Assembly (NCBI GenBank): GCA_045594305.1
Contig: JAZNYH010000076.1
Coordinates: 1-51,818, forward strand
Source: Eubacteriales bacterium
GTDB lineage: Bacteria; Bacillota; Clostridia; Oscillospirales; CAG-272
DNA length: 51,818 nucleotides
Direction of reading: 5' to 3'
Shown here: one piece after another, positions 1 through 10,800 of the stretch
How the letters are laid out: every line of letters begins with the position of its first letter
Position numbering within the stretch: position 1 is the first letter of the stretch
The notes under the pieces: generated by a model
Seen by the model: only the letters and a program-made list of their open reading frames with translations
The model's database searches: none
What the model was told of the DNA's origin: nothing
Program-made: the position numbers and the translations under genes

Positions 1-46
1 TTATTAACCTTTGAGAATTATTAACCGTCGCAATGCGTCGTTGTTC

Positions 47-368
47 CTCGTAGCCGACCTTGACTATCGCAAGATAGCCAGCGTCCGTCTACTGTGGTAC
101 GCCTTGTCTTGCTCGGTTACTAACTCTCAATCTGAGAATTATTAACCTGCGTTATACGGCGTTAGGTGACACTCCAAGAACACGAGCGAGAGCGAAGTGC
201 GATTGGTTAGTGGAAGCTATACATGGGAGCGTAGCGAGTCGGATGCTACTCGTAGCCGACCTTGACTATCGCATCATCGGGGTCCCCGTAAAAATCAGCA
301 GATTTTTTGGGGTGAGGGGTAGCCAGCGTCCGTCTACTGTGGTACGCCTTGCCTTGCTCGGTTACTAA
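47..368. repeat. Two copies of a REP/MITE-like intergenic repeat (47-124 and 249-368)
   Basis: CTCGTAGCCGACCTTGACTATCGCA...TAGCCAGCGTCCGTCTACTGTGGTACGCCTTG(T/C)CTTGCTCGGTTACTAA occurs twice; the second copy carries a 46-nt hairpin insert at 274-319. Confidence 0.8.
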
Positions 369-408
369 TCCTCAAACCATCAAGGTACTAATCCTCAAAC
401 CATCAAGG
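363..408. repeat. 23-bp tandem duplication TACTAATCCTCAAACCATCAAGG x2, with a degenerate third copy at ~419-441
   Basis: Read directly from the sequence. Confidence 0.85.
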
Positions 409-548
409 TTTAATGGGTTACTAACCTTCAAACCAACAGGGTTGAGAGCAAGCTCAATTCTCAACAACAATTTATGCGACCATGTCGCGTTTTTCCCACC
501 GGCAAATTAACCCACAAACGCCAGCAGGGGCGTAAACCTGCAAAAGGA

Positions 549-1187
549 ATGGAAAAGATTTATTACAAGATTGAGAAAATCAAAAAAACGCCACAGGGCT
601 TCATCTTTTATATAACCTCAAGCCTTGGAACAAGCTTTGAAATGCCCGTTTCCCCCGACCAGTTCGAGAGATTTGACTTAGAGCAGGGCGAGACAATCGA
701 CGACGAGCACTTCTTGCGAATTAGAGAGGAGCATCTCTTTGATAATGCACGCCGTCACGCATTCTCAATTCTTTCCTACGGAGAGAATAACAAGAAAATG
801 CTCATTACAAAGCTTCAAGCACAGGGCTTCTCACGAGAGCTTAGCGAAAATGTTGCTCTCTATATGGAGCATAGAGGCTATATCGATGAAAAGAAGCAAA
901 TGGGGCTTTTAATCGACACATATCTCAAAAAGAAATTCGGCAGAATAAAAATTGTCGAGGAGCTTATTGCAAAGGGCTACCGTCGTGATCAGGTTAGCGA
1001 ATATGCAAAGGAGGCTTTAAAGGATGTGGACTTTGTTGCAAACTGCGCTTGGATTATCGAGCACAAGTACAACCCCCTTCCAAAGAGCCCCGATGAGCTT
1101 AAAAAGATGATAGCCGCCCTTATGCGCTACGGCTACAACATAGCAGATATAAAGGCAGGAATACACCTGTTTCAGGAGGCTGAATAA
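549..1187 (+). CDS. recX: Regulatory protein RecX
   Basis: RecX-like helical repeats (A..ILSY....L..KL...GF, GYIDE, FGRIKIVEELIAKG, LMRYGY); start re-assigned to ATG at 549 (MEKIYY). Confidence 0.8.
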   Translation: MEKIYYKIEKIKKTPQGFIFYITSSLGTSFEMPVSPDQFERFDLEQGETIDDEHFLRIREEHLFDNARRHAFSILSYGENNKKMLITKLQAQGFSRELSENVALYMEHRGYIDEKKQMGLLIDTYLKKKFGRIKIVEELIAKGYRRDQVSEYAKEALKDVDFVANCAWIIEHKYNPLPKSPDELKKMIAALMRYGYNIADIKAGIHLFQEAE

Positions 1188-2518
1188 TGGCTATAAGAGT
1201 TGGCTTTGTGTCGCTCGGTTGCCCGAAAAATCAGCTTGATACCGAGGTAATGCTCGGTCATCTTGTGTCGGCAGGCTATGACATAACCCCCGACGAAACT
1301 GAGGCAGACATAGTCGTTATAAACACCTGCGCCTTTATAAATGATGCAAAGCAGGAGTCAATCGACAATATTCTTGATATAGCGTGGCTCAAGGAAAATA
1401 ACAATTTAAAGGGAATTATCGTCACAGGGTGCCTTGCAGAGAGGTATCGTGATGAGGTAATGAAGGAAATGCCCGAGGTAGATGCCGTTCTTGGCACGGG
1501 AAGCGTTCACAGCGTTGTAAAGGCAGTAGAGAGCGTTTTGGATGGCGAGAGGTTCAGCGAATACCTTGACAAAAACGAGGTAGCCCTCGGTGGAGATAGA
1601 ATTATAACCACAGGGGACACTATGGCATACCTTAAAATAAGCGAGGGCTGTGACAATCGTTGCACCTATTGCGCTATTCCCGACATAAGAGGAAAATTCC
1701 GCTCACGCCCAATGGATGAGCTGATTTGCGAGGCAAAGGAGCTTGCCGAAATGGGCATAAAGGAGCTTGTCGTGATAGGACAGGACACCACCGCCTACGG
1801 CATAGACCTCTATGGTCGCTACGCCCTACCCGAGCTTCTTCGACGCTTAGCCGAGGAAACCGAGGTTAGGTGGCTTAGAATTTTGTACTGCTATCCCGAT
1901 AAAATCACCCCCGAGCTTATCGCAGAATTTAACGAAAATCCCAAGCTTGTAAAATACATAGATCTACCAATACAGCACATAAGCGACCGAGTTCTAAAAC
2001 GAATGAATCGCAAAGGAGATGGAGCTCTTGTGCGTGAGGTAATAAGAAAATTACGCACACAGGTAGAGGGTATTTCTATACGCTCCACAGCAATTGTAGG
2101 CTTCCCAGGAGAAACCGAGGAGGACTTTACAGAGCTATGCGAGTTTATAAAAGAGGCACGCTTTGAGCATTTTGGAGCGTTCACCTACTCCCGAGAGGAG
2201 GGCACCCCCGCCTACAAGCTCGACAATCAAATTGATGAGCAAATAAAGCAAGACCGTTACGATATTCTTATGGAGCATCAGCTATCCATAAGTGAGGAAA
2301 TACAAAAGCAAAAAATTGGCACAAAAATAGAGGTTTTAATAGAGGCATACGACCCCGTTAGCGAGTCATATAGTGCAAGAACCTCAAAGGACGCCCCCGA
2401 CATAGACGGCAAGGTGTTCATTCCTGCCAAAAAGGGTACAATCGAGGAAGGTAGCTTTATCACAGTTGAGATAGTAGACGCCCTTGATTACGACCTAATC
2501 GCTTCTAAGTGCAAATAA
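1187..2518 (+). CDS. rimO: Ribosomal protein S12 methylthiotransferase RimO
   Basis: SLGCPKN, NTCAFI, GCLAER, radical-SAM CDNRCTYC, IVGFPGET, C-terminal TRAM with DAPDIDG. Confidence 0.95.
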   Translation: MAIRVGFVSLGCPKNQLDTEVMLGHLVSAGYDITPDETEADIVVINTCAFINDAKQESIDNILDIAWLKENNNLKGIIVTGCLAERYRDEVMKEMPEVDAVLGTGSVHSVVKAVESVLDGERFSEYLDKNEVALGGDRIITTGDTMAYLKISEGCDNRCTYCAIPDIRGKFRSRPMDELICEAKELAEMGIKELVVIGQDTTAYGIDLYGRYALPELLRRLAEETEVRWLRILYCYPDKITPELIAEFNENPKLVKYIDLPIQHISDRVLKRMNRKGDGALVREVIRKLRTQVEGISIRSTAIVGFPGETEEDFTELCEFIKEARFEHFGAFTYSREEGTPAYKLDNQIDEQIKQDRYDILMEHQLSISEEIQKQKIGTKIEVLIEAYDPVSESYSARTSKDAPDIDGKVFIPAKKGTIEEGSFITVEIVDALDYDLIASKCK

Positions 2519-2660
2519 GCGTCGTTCTTCTGCGTTGCTACTCGTTCACGACCTCAGCGTATGTCATATACGCTATCGCCCGTGTACTTGCCGTTGCGCC
2601 TTGCCTACCTCGATTACCAATCCTCAAAGAGCTGAGGGAATTAACCTAAATTATACAGCG
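2519..2660. repeat. Diverged member of the REP-like family seen at 47-368
   Basis: Shares CGTTG..CTCG, a central hairpin (AGCGTAT-GTCAT-ATACGCT), CGCCTTGCC..CTCG.TTAC.AATCCTCAAA and ATTAACC segments. Confidence 0.55.
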
Positions 2661-2696
2661 TTGGTCGAGAAGCCTCGACGGGCATATTGACAAAAC

Positions 2697-2747
2697 AAAA
2701 AAGCAGACCTGAGGTGAACCCCATTTGGTTCAGGTCTGCTTTTTTTA
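2697..2747. terminator. Bidirectional intrinsic terminator between rimO and the convergent gene
   Basis: AAAAAAGCAGACC...GGTCTGCTTTTTTT stem. Confidence 0.8.
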
Positions 2748-3851
2748 TTATTCAACTGCGGTGAATGAAAAATATCCGTCGGGGTGGGCGTAATAGAAGC
2801 TATTTGTAAGACCGAAGCTCTTAGCGACGCTCCAAATAACGCTTGCGTACGCCTTTTCATCAAAGCCCTTAGGCACACGGAAATAATAGCTAATCTTACC
2901 CTGCATAGCCTCGGGCGAGCTACTTAGGAACTCGCTAAGTGGAGCTCTTATATCCTCGGGACTTTCAAAATACAGCCCCTTGTAGCGATAATAGTTATAT
3001 TTTGTGTTATTACAAACGATTTCGGGATACTCCTCGTGGTTAAACATATGCCCCGTTTCAACAGCCTCCTCATCGGTTATGTTAAAGTGCATAAATTGAG
3101 GCGTCTGCTTATCGAGAGTGTAGTTTTCATCAAAGGTAATATCAAGGTGATAATAATCGCCATCTATTTTAACGGCAAGCCACGAGTGTAGCTCCAAATC
3201 CTCGCCCTCCTCGCCTGCCATAGCGAGAATATTCGCAACCTCAACACCGTGCCTTTGTAGAATGAGCTGAGCAAGACGGATAATACCACCACATACGCCC
3301 TTGCCCGTTTTCAAAAGGCTCGCAACCGTGAAAATTTCCTCTCCACGCCTATCTCCAACAGGATATTCCTTGTATTCGTGGTCGTAATCATACGATTCCG
3401 TTATAAATTTATGAACGGCAAGCTCCAATTCAAAGACATCATCAATTCCGTCAAAGCGATGCACAATTTCATCAAGACGGGCATCAAGCTCGGCAATTTC
3501 CTCCTCGGAATAGTCACAAACGCCCTCGCCTGCTCGGAAAAGCCCATTTTTTTCAAAGCGTAGCTCCAAATTGGACATAAAGTAAAGCTCGGGGCAATCC
3601 CAAAGCAAGGCGTCATAAACCTTAAATATATTAGCCCAATTTTCCTCACGGAACGGATACAGGTAGCAGGGAATAGACTTAAACTCCTCATCCGTTGGCA
3701 TCAGCTCATCATCAAAAAGGTAGAAAAACTTAAAGGTGTGATTGAAAAACAGCTCAGCCATATAAAGATAGAGCTTCTTTTCATCATCATTTAGCCTCTT
3801 GTAGTAAAACCTTGTTTCAAGGTGAAAATCCTTTGGTATCATTTTTACCAT
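2748..3851 (-). CDS. Transglutaminase-like domain protein
   Basis: GKGVCGG (Cys), HSW and YHLDITF (His/Asp) triad typical of transglutaminase-like cysteine proteases. Confidence 0.8.
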   Translation of the reverse strand: MVKMIPKDFHLETRFYYKRLNDDEKKLYLYMAELFFNHTFKFFYLFDDELMPTDEEFKSIPCYLYPFREENWANIFKVYDALLWDCPELYFMSNLELRFEKNGLFRAGEGVCDYSEEEIAELDARLDEIVHRFDGIDDVFELELAVHKFITESYDYDHEYKEYPVGDRRGEEIFTVASLLKTGKGVCGGIIRLAQLILQRHGVEVANILAMAGEEGEDLELHSWLAVKIDGDYYHLDITFDENYTLDKQTPQFMHFNITDEEAVETGHMFNHEEYPEIVCNNTKYNYYRYKGLYFESPEDIRAPLSEFLSSSPEAMQGKISYYFRVPKGFDEKAYASVIWSVAKSFGLTNSFYYAHPDGYFSFTAVE

Positions 3852-3954
3852 TCCTTAAAATAAAAATTGCTAACTAAATTATATACTATCTCCAAGACAA
3901 AGTCAATAAATCCAAGCAAAAATAAGAGCCGTCGCACAGCGACAGCCCTTGAAA

Positions 3955-6192
3955 TTATTTCTTTGTTGGCACACCATTTACCAATTCCCACTCACCTCTA
4001 TAAAGAGTTGTTTTATAGGAGCTTGAGCTTGTGTAGCACCAAGAGCTATTCCAGGTAGAAGGAATATCGCTTGATGAGCTGTGGTACAAATAAAGGGTGC
4101 AATAATTATTGCTATTACATTCTATTGCGTATGCATCCATATAGGTTATATTTGAGGGCACAACAAAATGGTATCTTTCATATGTGCCTGATGGAATCTC
4201 ATAGCACGCTGAGCGTATTCCGTAAACGGATTTGCCATCGACAGCGTCGGGGATGAATATAACATCATTAGAGTTGATTTTTGGTAGGTATCTAACCAAA
4301 TAAATCTTACCCGAGATTTGCTCATACAAAAGAGTGCCGTCAGAGCTTATATCAAAATTCGAGCTCAAAATATACTCATCAATGCTTGAATACCAGGAGG
4401 AATCCCAGTTTTCAGGGATTGTGTTATGCTCAATGTAAACGGTACAGTTAGAAACGCTGTAAAAGCCGTAGTTGTTTACAATATCCACGCTATCGGGAAC
4501 CGAAACCGCTTTTAGATTGGATGAGGAATAAAAGGCGTACTTTGCAATTCTTTCAACACCGTCGCTGATTTTTACGGCGGTTGTGAGAGTGTCATCGTAA
4601 AGAGCATATTTGTTGATGCAGGCTACCTTATATCCCTTGTATGTGCCGGGGATAGTGACAAATGAGGAATTGTTTTTAATTGACACAACCTCATACGATA
4701 GCGTCTTTTTAATATAAACAATATCGTCGTCATCAACAATATCATCAGGGGAAACACCGAGCATATATCTTTTAACGCCCAAATCACTCTCGATGCTATC
4801 AGCATAGCTAAGGGTGCTATCCTCAAAGAATACATAGGTTTGCTCATAGCCCAAATCAAGAAATTCATCATCTGGCAAGAAATCAAGCTCTCCACAAGCA
4901 GTTATGGAGCTTGGAACAAACAGGGAGTGAAGATTCTTACAGCCCATAAAGGCATAATCTCCAATTTTGGAAACGGAGCTTGAAATCTCAACCCTTTCAA
5001 GGCGAGCCTGACCGACAAATGCGTATTTTGCAATCTCGGTTACATCCTTGCCATCAAGCTTTTTGGGAAGGGCTATTCTTTCCTCATCGCCATCGTAGTA
5101 AAGCAGGGCGGCACTAAGGTCGTTATCAATATAATAATAGCCATCATCTGTTATTCTTACATTGCAGTAAAGGAAATCTGATGTAAACGCAATCGAGTCA
5201 CCTGCATAGTAAACCATAGTTTCATCATCAAAAGCGTCGCTTGCAATAGAGGTTACATTTGCAGGAATGTAAATGAAGGGAACAGGACCCGTCAAAATCC
5301 TTTCCTCGGCATCAAAGCAACCATAAAACGCATACGAGCCAATTTCCTTTATACCAGAAAAGTCAAATTCTTTAAGGGCAGTATTGCGAAAGGCGTACGC
5401 ACCTATTGTTCTTAGATTTTCGTAATTTGTAATCTCGGAAAGCTTAGTACAGTCATAGAACGCATCGCCGACAAGCGTGCTTACAGGAGCACTATTAAAG
5501 TCAAACTTGGTAAGATTTGTGTAGTCCTCAAAGCAAGGCAAATACTGTGTATTTGAGCTTATAGAAACAGAGGTAATAGTGGTTGGTAGAGCATCCTGTG
5601 CTATTGAAACAACAGGGGAATTAAAGATAAAGTTAGGAATTACAATATCTGTTTCTGTTCCCTCGTAGCCGTAAACCTCGTAGCCTGCAACTCCACCACG
5701 AACAGTAGTTCTAAACAAAAGCCCGTCCGTGCCGATTCTGTCCATATTTTCAACCACAGCCTTAACGCCCGTGTCCTTGCCGTCTACCCACCAGTTGCCG
5801 TTTTCGCCAATGTAAGGGGTTTTTCCGTCCTCGCCATCAGTTACGGTAAAGGTTGTGTATGTGCCGTCAGAGAATGAGATTATATACACGCAGGAGCGGT
5901 CACTTATAGGGGTTTTTATCACAGATGTAACAGTAAGTGGCTCGGCATCCTTGCCTGCATCACCCTTTTCTCCGTCTTGTCCGTCCTCGCCCCTTGGACC
6001 GGCAGGACCTGTCTCGCCCTGCTCACCCTGAGCACCCTGCTCGCCTTGGTCACCCTTTGGACCTTGTGCGACAATTCCTAAGTCCTCATCGCCATCCCAC
6101 CAGTTGCCGTTTTCGCCAACATGAAGCTCGCTTTCGCAGGAAACGAGCAATAGCGCAAGGATTAAAGCCAAAATCAATAAAAGTCTTTTCAT
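3955..6192 (-). CDS. BspA-type leucine-rich-repeat lipoprotein with collagen-like segment
   Basis: Lipobox LLVSC; G-X-Y run; two (Y/H)(I/V)GENGNWW motifs; repeated I..YAF..C..L LRR_5-like units. Confidence 0.8.
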   Translation of the reverse strand: MKRLLLILALILALLLVSCESELHVGENGNWWDGDEDLGIVAQGPKGDQGEQGAQGEQGETGPAGPRGEDGQDGEKGDAGKDAEPLTVTSVIKTPISDRSCVYIISFSDGTYTTFTVTDGEDGKTPYIGENGNWWVDGKDTGVKAVVENMDRIGTDGLLFRTTVRGGVAGYEVYGYEGTETDIVIPNFIFNSPVVSIAQDALPTTITSVSISSNTQYLPCFEDYTNLTKFDFNSAPVSTLVGDAFYDCTKLSEITNYENLRTIGAYAFRNTALKEFDFSGIKEIGSYAFYGCFDAEERILTGPVPFIYIPANVTSIASDAFDDETMVYYAGDSIAFTSDFLYCNVRITDDGYYYIDNDLSAALLYYDGDEERIALPKKLDGKDVTEIAKYAFVGQARLERVEISSSVSKIGDYAFMGCKNLHSLFVPSSITACGELDFLPDDEFLDLGYEQTYVFFEDSTLSYADSIESDLGVKRYMLGVSPDDIVDDDDIVYIKKTLSYEVVSIKNNSSFVTIPGTYKGYKVACINKYALYDDTLTTAVKISDGVERIAKYAFYSSSNLKAVSVPDSVDIVNNYGFYSVSNCTVYIEHNTIPENWDSSWYSSIDEYILSSNFDISSDGTLLYEQISGKIYLVRYLPKINSNDVIFIPDAVDGKSVYGIRSACYEIPSGTYERYHFVVPSNITYMDAYAIECNSNNYCTLYLYHSSSSDIPSTWNSSWCYTSSSSYKTTLYRGEWELVNGVPTKK

Positions 6193-6295
6193 GATATCTC
6201 CTTTGATGCTTGAATATACTTTTATTAAAGTATATCACAAAAGCAACCACATTTCAAGAATAAGATTGCTCTTAAAACAAAAAAGAGACAGGCGT

Positions 6296-6445
6296 AAAGG
6301 CAGGCTCTCATAAGGATATTAAGTAAATCCAAGAGAAAATGCCGATTGAGAGTGGCTAAACAAGAAAAATGCAACATGGACGAAAAGTCTGTGTTGCATT
6401 TTTCGTTATGTGTCCGCACCTCAAAATTTGCGCCGCAATAAACAA
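6296..6445 (+). repeat. Conserved left end shared with 15636-15786, including hairpin AAAAATGCAACATGGAC-GAAAA-GTCTGTGTTGCATTTTT
   Basis: Near-identical ~150-bp sequence at both loci. Confidence 0.9.
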
Positions 6446-6649
6446 GGAAATCCATCACGGGCAAGAGTCTGTGATGGATTATCTCTTTCATACTCGACTC
6501 AAATATCAATTGTTTGGGAATTATTCACACGAAAATAGACTTTTTAACTACAAATCGATTAAAAATTCAAAAGAAAATAGCAAAATCTCTTGTAATTATT
6601 TATGCGATGATGTATAATGGTATAAAAGATTTATATTTCGAGGTGCAAC

Positions 6650-6859
6650 ATGGCTATTTGTTACAACAAACTATGGAAGCTTTTAATAGATCGAAAAATG
6701 AAAAAGAAGGATTTGCTTGAGCAAGCCGGAATCAGTCGCGGAACATTAACTAAGCTCAACAAAGATGAAAATGTTTCAACTGAAACCCTTGTTCGTATTT
6801 GCACTGCTTTAAAATGTGATATCAGCGATATTGTTGAAATCACTGATATTGAGAATTAA
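6650..6859 (+). CDS. Cro/C1-type (XRE) HTH transcriptional regulator
   Basis: YNKLWKLLID..MKK.DL...AGIS..TL.KL...ENVS...L.RIC.AL.CDI.DI signature; RBS GAGGTG. Confidence 0.9.
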   Translation: MAICYNKLWKLLIDRKMKKKDLLEQAGISRGTLTKLNKDENVSTETLVRICTALKCDISDIVEITDIEN

Positions 6860-6872
6860 GAGAGGTTTCCTC

Positions 6873-7811
6873 ATGACAGAAATAGAAAAGATTGCGTACG
6901 CAAAATCATTTATTGATAAATTAGCCATTGGTATTGATCCTACTGACGGCACACTTATCCCCGACGGCGAGGTTGCGCTTAACCCAAGACTATCAAAATG
7001 CTTTTTATATGTAGCGGATATCTTATCTAAAATCATTGAAAATCCGTCTGCCTTAACAGAAATGTATAAGACTAACGAGTGGATCGTCACGCCCGATGTT
7101 CTTGCAAGAATCGAATGCTCTGCATTAAGAGTGGGCATAAGCACTTTTGCAAAGCGAGTAAACGATGCGTTAAGATCAACTCGTAAATTTACCGCAACCG
7201 AGATAAACAATTGGCTTTTGCATGAAGGATATTTGACGAGAATTGCAACGAGCGATAATAAGATGACCAAACGCCCTACGCAAAAAGGAGTTAATCTCGG
7301 TATTACCACGGATGAGGTAATAAAGGACAACGGCCGAGCAAAATACTATGTTCGATGCAATGTGAACGCTCAACGCTTCATAAGAGATCATCTTTCGGAA
7401 ATTATTGAATTCTCTAAAACTTCCGTAGCATATTCGGATACATCAGTTAGACACAAGCCTTCCGAACCGTTTGAAATCACTCAGGCGGAGCTTGCAAAAT
7501 TTGAATTCTCTGAAACACCTTTGATGATAAGTCAGATTATTGACAGAATAAATGCGTTAAAGACAAACACGAGTGCAGCGAAATTAAAAGCAACGGATAT
7601 TACAGAGTGGTTGTTGAGCGTTGGAATTCTGAAAGTGGTTGCGCTTGATGCAAAGAACTATAAATTGCCGAGTGATATCGGTAGCGAAATGGGCATCAGC
7701 GTTGAACGCAGAAGCAGTAGCAACGGGGAGTATAGCATTGCTCTTTACAATATCGAAGCGCAAAAATTTATAATCGATAACTTGCACGCAATAGTAAGAA
7801 TCATTTTATAA
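6873..7811 (+). CDS. Hypothetical protein with two tandem winged-helix-like repeats
   Basis: RBS GAGAGG before ATG 6873; internal duplication (IS....R.N....AT.I..WLL..G.L...K.P...G...GI...AQ.FI.D.L). Confidence 0.75.
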   Translation: MTEIEKIAYAKSFIDKLAIGIDPTDGTLIPDGEVALNPRLSKCFLYVADILSKIIENPSALTEMYKTNEWIVTPDVLARIECSALRVGISTFAKRVNDALRSTRKFTATEINNWLLHEGYLTRIATSDNKMTKRPTQKGVNLGITTDEVIKDNGRAKYYVRCNVNAQRFIRDHLSEIIEFSKTSVAYSDTSVRHKPSEPFEITQAELAKFEFSETPLMISQIIDRINALKTNTSAAKLKATDITEWLLSVGILKVVALDAKNYKLPSDIGSEMGISVERRSSSNGEYSIALYNIEAQKFIIDNLHAIVRIIL

Positions 7812-7830
7812 GAACAATTCGGAGGCCGAT

Positions 7831-10800
7831 ATGGCAAAAAGCATAGTATTCTTCGACACGGAAATTAGTGTCCATGAAAACAAAATACTTGACATAGGTG
7901 CGGTTAGAGGTGACAAAACTGTTTTTCATTCTCCATCCGTGTCGGAGTTTTGCGCCTTCGTGGCAGGTGCGGAGTTTCTATGCGGTCACAATGTTGTTCA
8001 TCACGATATGAAGCATATCAAACCACACATAGGGGAGGCTCTTCATCAGAAAGTGATAGATACGCTCTATCTTTCTCCTCTGATGTTTCCCAAGCGTCCT
8101 TACCACAAACTGCTTAAGGATGATAAGCTTCAAGTCGAAGAATTAAATAATCCCGTCAACGACAGCCGCAAAGCATCCACCTTGTTTTACGACGAAGTAA
8201 ATGCATTTTGTCAGTTGTCAAAAAATCGCAAAATGATATATTGCGGTTTGCTTTATAGCCATCCGGAATTCCAAGGATTTTTTGACTATGTGGATTTCAA
8301 GCCTTATAAATATAATTTAGCGCAACTGATTAGTGATGAATTTTCAGGAAGGATATGTGCAAACGCAGATTTAGATGTTCTTATAAAGCACTATTCCGTA
8401 GAATTGGCGTATGCACTCGCTTTAGTAGGTTGTGATGATCATTATTCAACTACACCGCCTTGGCTTCTCTATAACTATCCCAAAATTGAGAATGTTATAA
8501 AATTTTTATGTAACACTCCATGTGAAGAGCATTGCGAATACTGTCGCAACGCTCTTGATATTCATGAGTGGCTGAAACCCTTCTTCGGTCATTCCGGTTT
8601 CCGTAAGTTTGCCGGTGATGAGATCTCGTTGCAAGAAGTTGCCGCGCAAGCAGCCGTTGATGGAAAATCGCTTCTTGCTGTGTTCCCAACAGGTGGTGGA
8701 AAGTCAATTACATTCCAATTGCCTGCACTTATGGCAGGGAGAGCAATGCATGGTCTTACGGTTGTAATTTCTCCTCTTCAGTCATTAATGAAAGACCAAG
8801 TTGACAACCTTGTAGAGAAAGGCATCGAGGGCGCAGTAACCATTAATGGAATGATGAATCCCATCGAACGCGCAGACGCCATTGAAAGAGTAAAGAATGG
8901 CAAAGCATCTCTGCTTTACATATCCCCTGAACAGCTTCGTTCAAAAACGATAGAGCGACTCTTGATGTCGCGCAATATTGTGCGTTTTGTTATCGATGAA
9001 GCGCATTGTTTCTCTGCTTGGGGGCAGGACTTCAGAGTAGATTATTTGTATATCGGAGATTTCATTCGCAAGCTTCAGAAGGATAAGAAAACCGAGCGTA
9101 AACCGATCCCCGTGTCCTGTTTTACTGCAACAGCAAAGCAAAAGGTTATCTCTGACATATGCGATTATTTCTATAAAAAGCTCGATTTGACATTGGAGAT
9201 CTTCGCTTCAAAAGCCACGAGAGAAAACCTTCACTACACCGTATTACACAAAGAAACGGATGAAGAAAAATACAGTGCATTGAGAACGTTGATCGCTCAA
9301 AAGCAATGCCCGACGATTGTTTATGTTTCACGAACAAAACGCACATTTGAGCTTGCCGCCAAACTGACGAGCGATGGTTTTAAAGCTCTTCCGTACAATG
9401 GAAAGATGGATGCCAACGACAAGATTATCAATCAAGAGGCATTCATGAACAATGATGTATCCATCATTGTAGCAACCTCAGCTTTTGGTATGGGTGTTGA
9501 CAAGAGAGATGTAAAGCTTGTTATACACTATGACATATCGGACTCTCTTGAAAATTATGTTCAGGAAGCAGGCAGAGCCGGACGAGATCAATCCTTGCAA
9601 GCTGAATGCTATGTTCTTTTTAACGATAACGATCTTGACAAGCATTTCATATTGCTGAACCAAACAAAATTAAGCATCAGCCAAATCCAGCAAGTATGGA
9701 AAGCTATCAAGGATCTCACGCAAAATCGCCCCAATATATGCTGTTCTGCTCTTGAAATTGCGCGTCAGGCGGGATGGGATGACTCTGCAGGTGCTGAAAT
9801 GGAAACCCGTGTCAGAACTGCCATCTCAGCACTTGAAACCGCAGGCTATATTGTGCGAGGCAGAAATGTGCCGAAGGTGTTTGCTACGAGCATAAGAGCA
9901 AAGGATATGACCGAAGCATCTTATCGTATTCGAAGCTCGTCCCTCTTTTCAGAAGAACAACGCACAGCAGCTCTGCGCATAATTAAATCCTTAATATCAA
10001 GCCGTAGTATTGCGACGGCTGGTAATGATGAAGCTGAATCACGCATAGATTATCTTGCCGACAATCTTGCACTGTCAAAAGAAGCCGTTATTGAGGCAAT
10101 CAATTTGATGCGTCAGGAAGGTCTGCTGGAAGATTACAGCGATATGTCCGCATACATTAACGATTCGGACAGTCACCATAAGTCGTCGCTAATTCTTGAA
10201 AGATTTGCAAAGCTTGAACGCTTTATTCTTTCAAAGATTGATGACGAAGGTGCTAATTTCGGATTTAAAGAATTAAATGAGTCTGCTCAAGCAGAAGGAA
10301 TTACCACATCAACAATAAAGAATATAAAAACCATCCTCTATTTTCTTTCTATCAAGAACTATATTCACAAAGAAGAAAATCGAGATAGTGTTTCCGTGGA
10401 TGTAGTTCCGGCATTGGGTCTTAAAAATCTGATGGACAAGTTTGAGAGGCGTATTGAACTGTGCAGATTCATACTTGCCGAGCTGTATGCAAAAGCCGAG
10501 CAGAAAGGAAAAGAAGCAGAGGGCGAGGATCTGAAGCCTGTTGTCTTTTCTCTGGTGGGGCTTTACAAGGAATATCAAAACGCGCCTAAAATGAACATAG
10601 GCGGAATTCCTGTGGAGTTAAGTGATGTCGAGGATGCTCTTCTGTATATGTCCAAGATTGGTGCGCTGAAGCTTGAAGGCGGATTTCTCGTCCTCTACAA
10701 TGCTATGGAAATCAAGCGTATCGTAAGAGATAACCGAATTAAATACAAGGTTGACGATTATAGATTGCTTGACGAATTCTATAAGCAGAAAATCCGTCAA

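Noticed and set aside
1-470. CRISPR array
   Set aside because: The repeats are long, only 2-3 copies, irregularly spaced, and no cas genes are present
6225-6617. ORFs 6225-6509(-), 6369-6617(+) and their counterpart 15698-15988(-)
   Set aside because: They overlap the conserved non-coding element end and hairpin; their similarity reflects the DNA repeat, and they lack RBSs
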